From positions 1-61,161 of the forward strand of contig NJBH01000023.1 of the NCBI GenBank assembly GCA_005223125.1: a DNA stretch of 61,161 nt, read 5' to 3'. This document shows, piece by piece, positions 60,355 through 61,161 of this stretch. The notes below the pieces were generated by a model that saw only the letters and a list, made by a program, of their open reading frames with translations, made no database searches and was not told the DNA's origin. Positions within the stretch are counted from its first letter, which is position 1, and every line of letters starts with the position of its first letter. Made by a program: the position numbers and the translations under genes. Origin of the DNA: Promethearchaeota archaeon Loki_b32 (lineage in GTDB: Archaea > Asgardarchaeota > Lokiarchaeia > Sigyniarchaeales > SOKP01).

Positions 60355-61161
60355 ATGAAAAAAATAATTACTTGTATAGGAATCCGTCCAGATATTATAA
60401 GACTTTCTCAAATTATTAAAAAACTAGATTTATTTTTTAAGAACATAATTGTTGATAGTGGTCAACACTATGATTATAACCTAAACAAAATTTTTTATGA
60501 ACAATTGGAAGTCCGTATTCCAGATTATAACCTAAACATTAAGAGTGGAACACATGCTACTCAAGTAGGAAAATTGATGATTGAATTTGAAAATGTATTA
60601 ATTAAAGAGAGTCCTGAGTTTGTGATAGTATTAGGTGATAATAATAGTAGCTTAGGCTTCGCTTTAGCAACTTCAAAATTAAATATTCCTTTAGTTCATA
60701 TAGAAGCAGGGATGCGAAGTAAAAATTGGCTAATGCCTGAAGAAAAAAATCGTGTAATTATTGATCATATTGCTGATATGAATATTTGTTATTTACCAGA
60801 ACATAAACTAAACCTAATTCGAGAAGGTTTAAATCCACGTAGAATTTGGGTTGTCGGAAATCCTATTTTAGAGGTAGTTCATTCTGTAGAAACTAACTAT
60901 AAGCAAATTAATCCTTTTTATCTAGTCACTTGCCATAGAGCTGAAAATACAGAAAATATTGAAAATTTAGAAATCATAATAACCTTTCTTGGGAAATTAT
61001 ATCAAATAAAAAAAGTTGAAATTAAATTTATTCTAATGCCAAAAACTAAAAATATAATGGAAAAATATCAAAAAAGTTTTCCAGAAGGAATAAATCCAAT
61101 ACCCTCTCTAGGTTTTCTTGAATTTTTAGGAATGGAAAAAGAGGCAGATTTAGTTCTAACT
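60355..61161 (+). CDS. wecB: UDP-N-acetylglucosamine 2-epimerase (non-hydrolysing), truncated by window end
   Basis: Manual translation MKKIITCIGIRPDII, SGQHYD, LGD, HIEAGMRS, MPEE.NR, VGNP, TCHRAEN. Confidence 0.92.
   Translation, partial: MKKIITCIGIRPDIIRLSQIIKKLDLFFKNIIVDSGQHYDYNLNKIFYEQLEVRIPDYNLNIKSGTHATQVGKLMIEFENVLIKESPEFVIVLGDNNSSLGFALATSKLNIPLVHIEAGMRSKNWLMPEEKNRVIIDHIADMNICYLPEHKLNLIREGLNPRRIWVVGNPILEVVHSVETNYKQINPFYLVTCHRAENTENIENLEIIITFLGKLYQIKKVEIKFILMPKTKNIMEKYQKSFPEGINPIPSLGFLEFLGMEKEADLVLT

Noticed and set aside
1-61161. CRISPR array, rRNA, transposase or integrase
   Set aside because: No regularly spaced repeats, rRNA-like tracts or recognisable mobile-element proteins were seen

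Overview
AT-rich archaeal window, most consistent with Asgard archaea (Lokiarchaeia/Promethearchaeota). This is inferred from ubiquitin E1/E2 genes, Rab-like and longin-GTPase/roadblock genes, IPGY-type C-terminal anchors and GGTGA Shine-Dalgarno motifs. The left half (1-32 kb) holds housekeeping and eukaryotic-signature genes. The right half (32-61 kb) is a surface-glycan/lipid island containing a phosphonate pathway (PEP mutase-nucleotidyltransferase fusion, phosphonopyruvate decarboxylase, Fe-ADH reductase, cytidylyltransferases, CDP-alcohol phosphotransferases) and several gene remnants. Main finding: the ubiquitin-conjugating E2 gene (10900-11449) looks frameshifted but carries a 31-nt bulge-helix-bulge (tRNA-type) intron at 11080-11110. 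Cleavage by the standard archaeal endonuclease rule restores both the frame and the conserved FPxxYPxxPP motif. The gene lies divergent from a tRNA-Tyr(GUA) gene with three introns and a 6-nt micro-exon. All calls were made by eye from the sequence; no database searches or folding programs were run.
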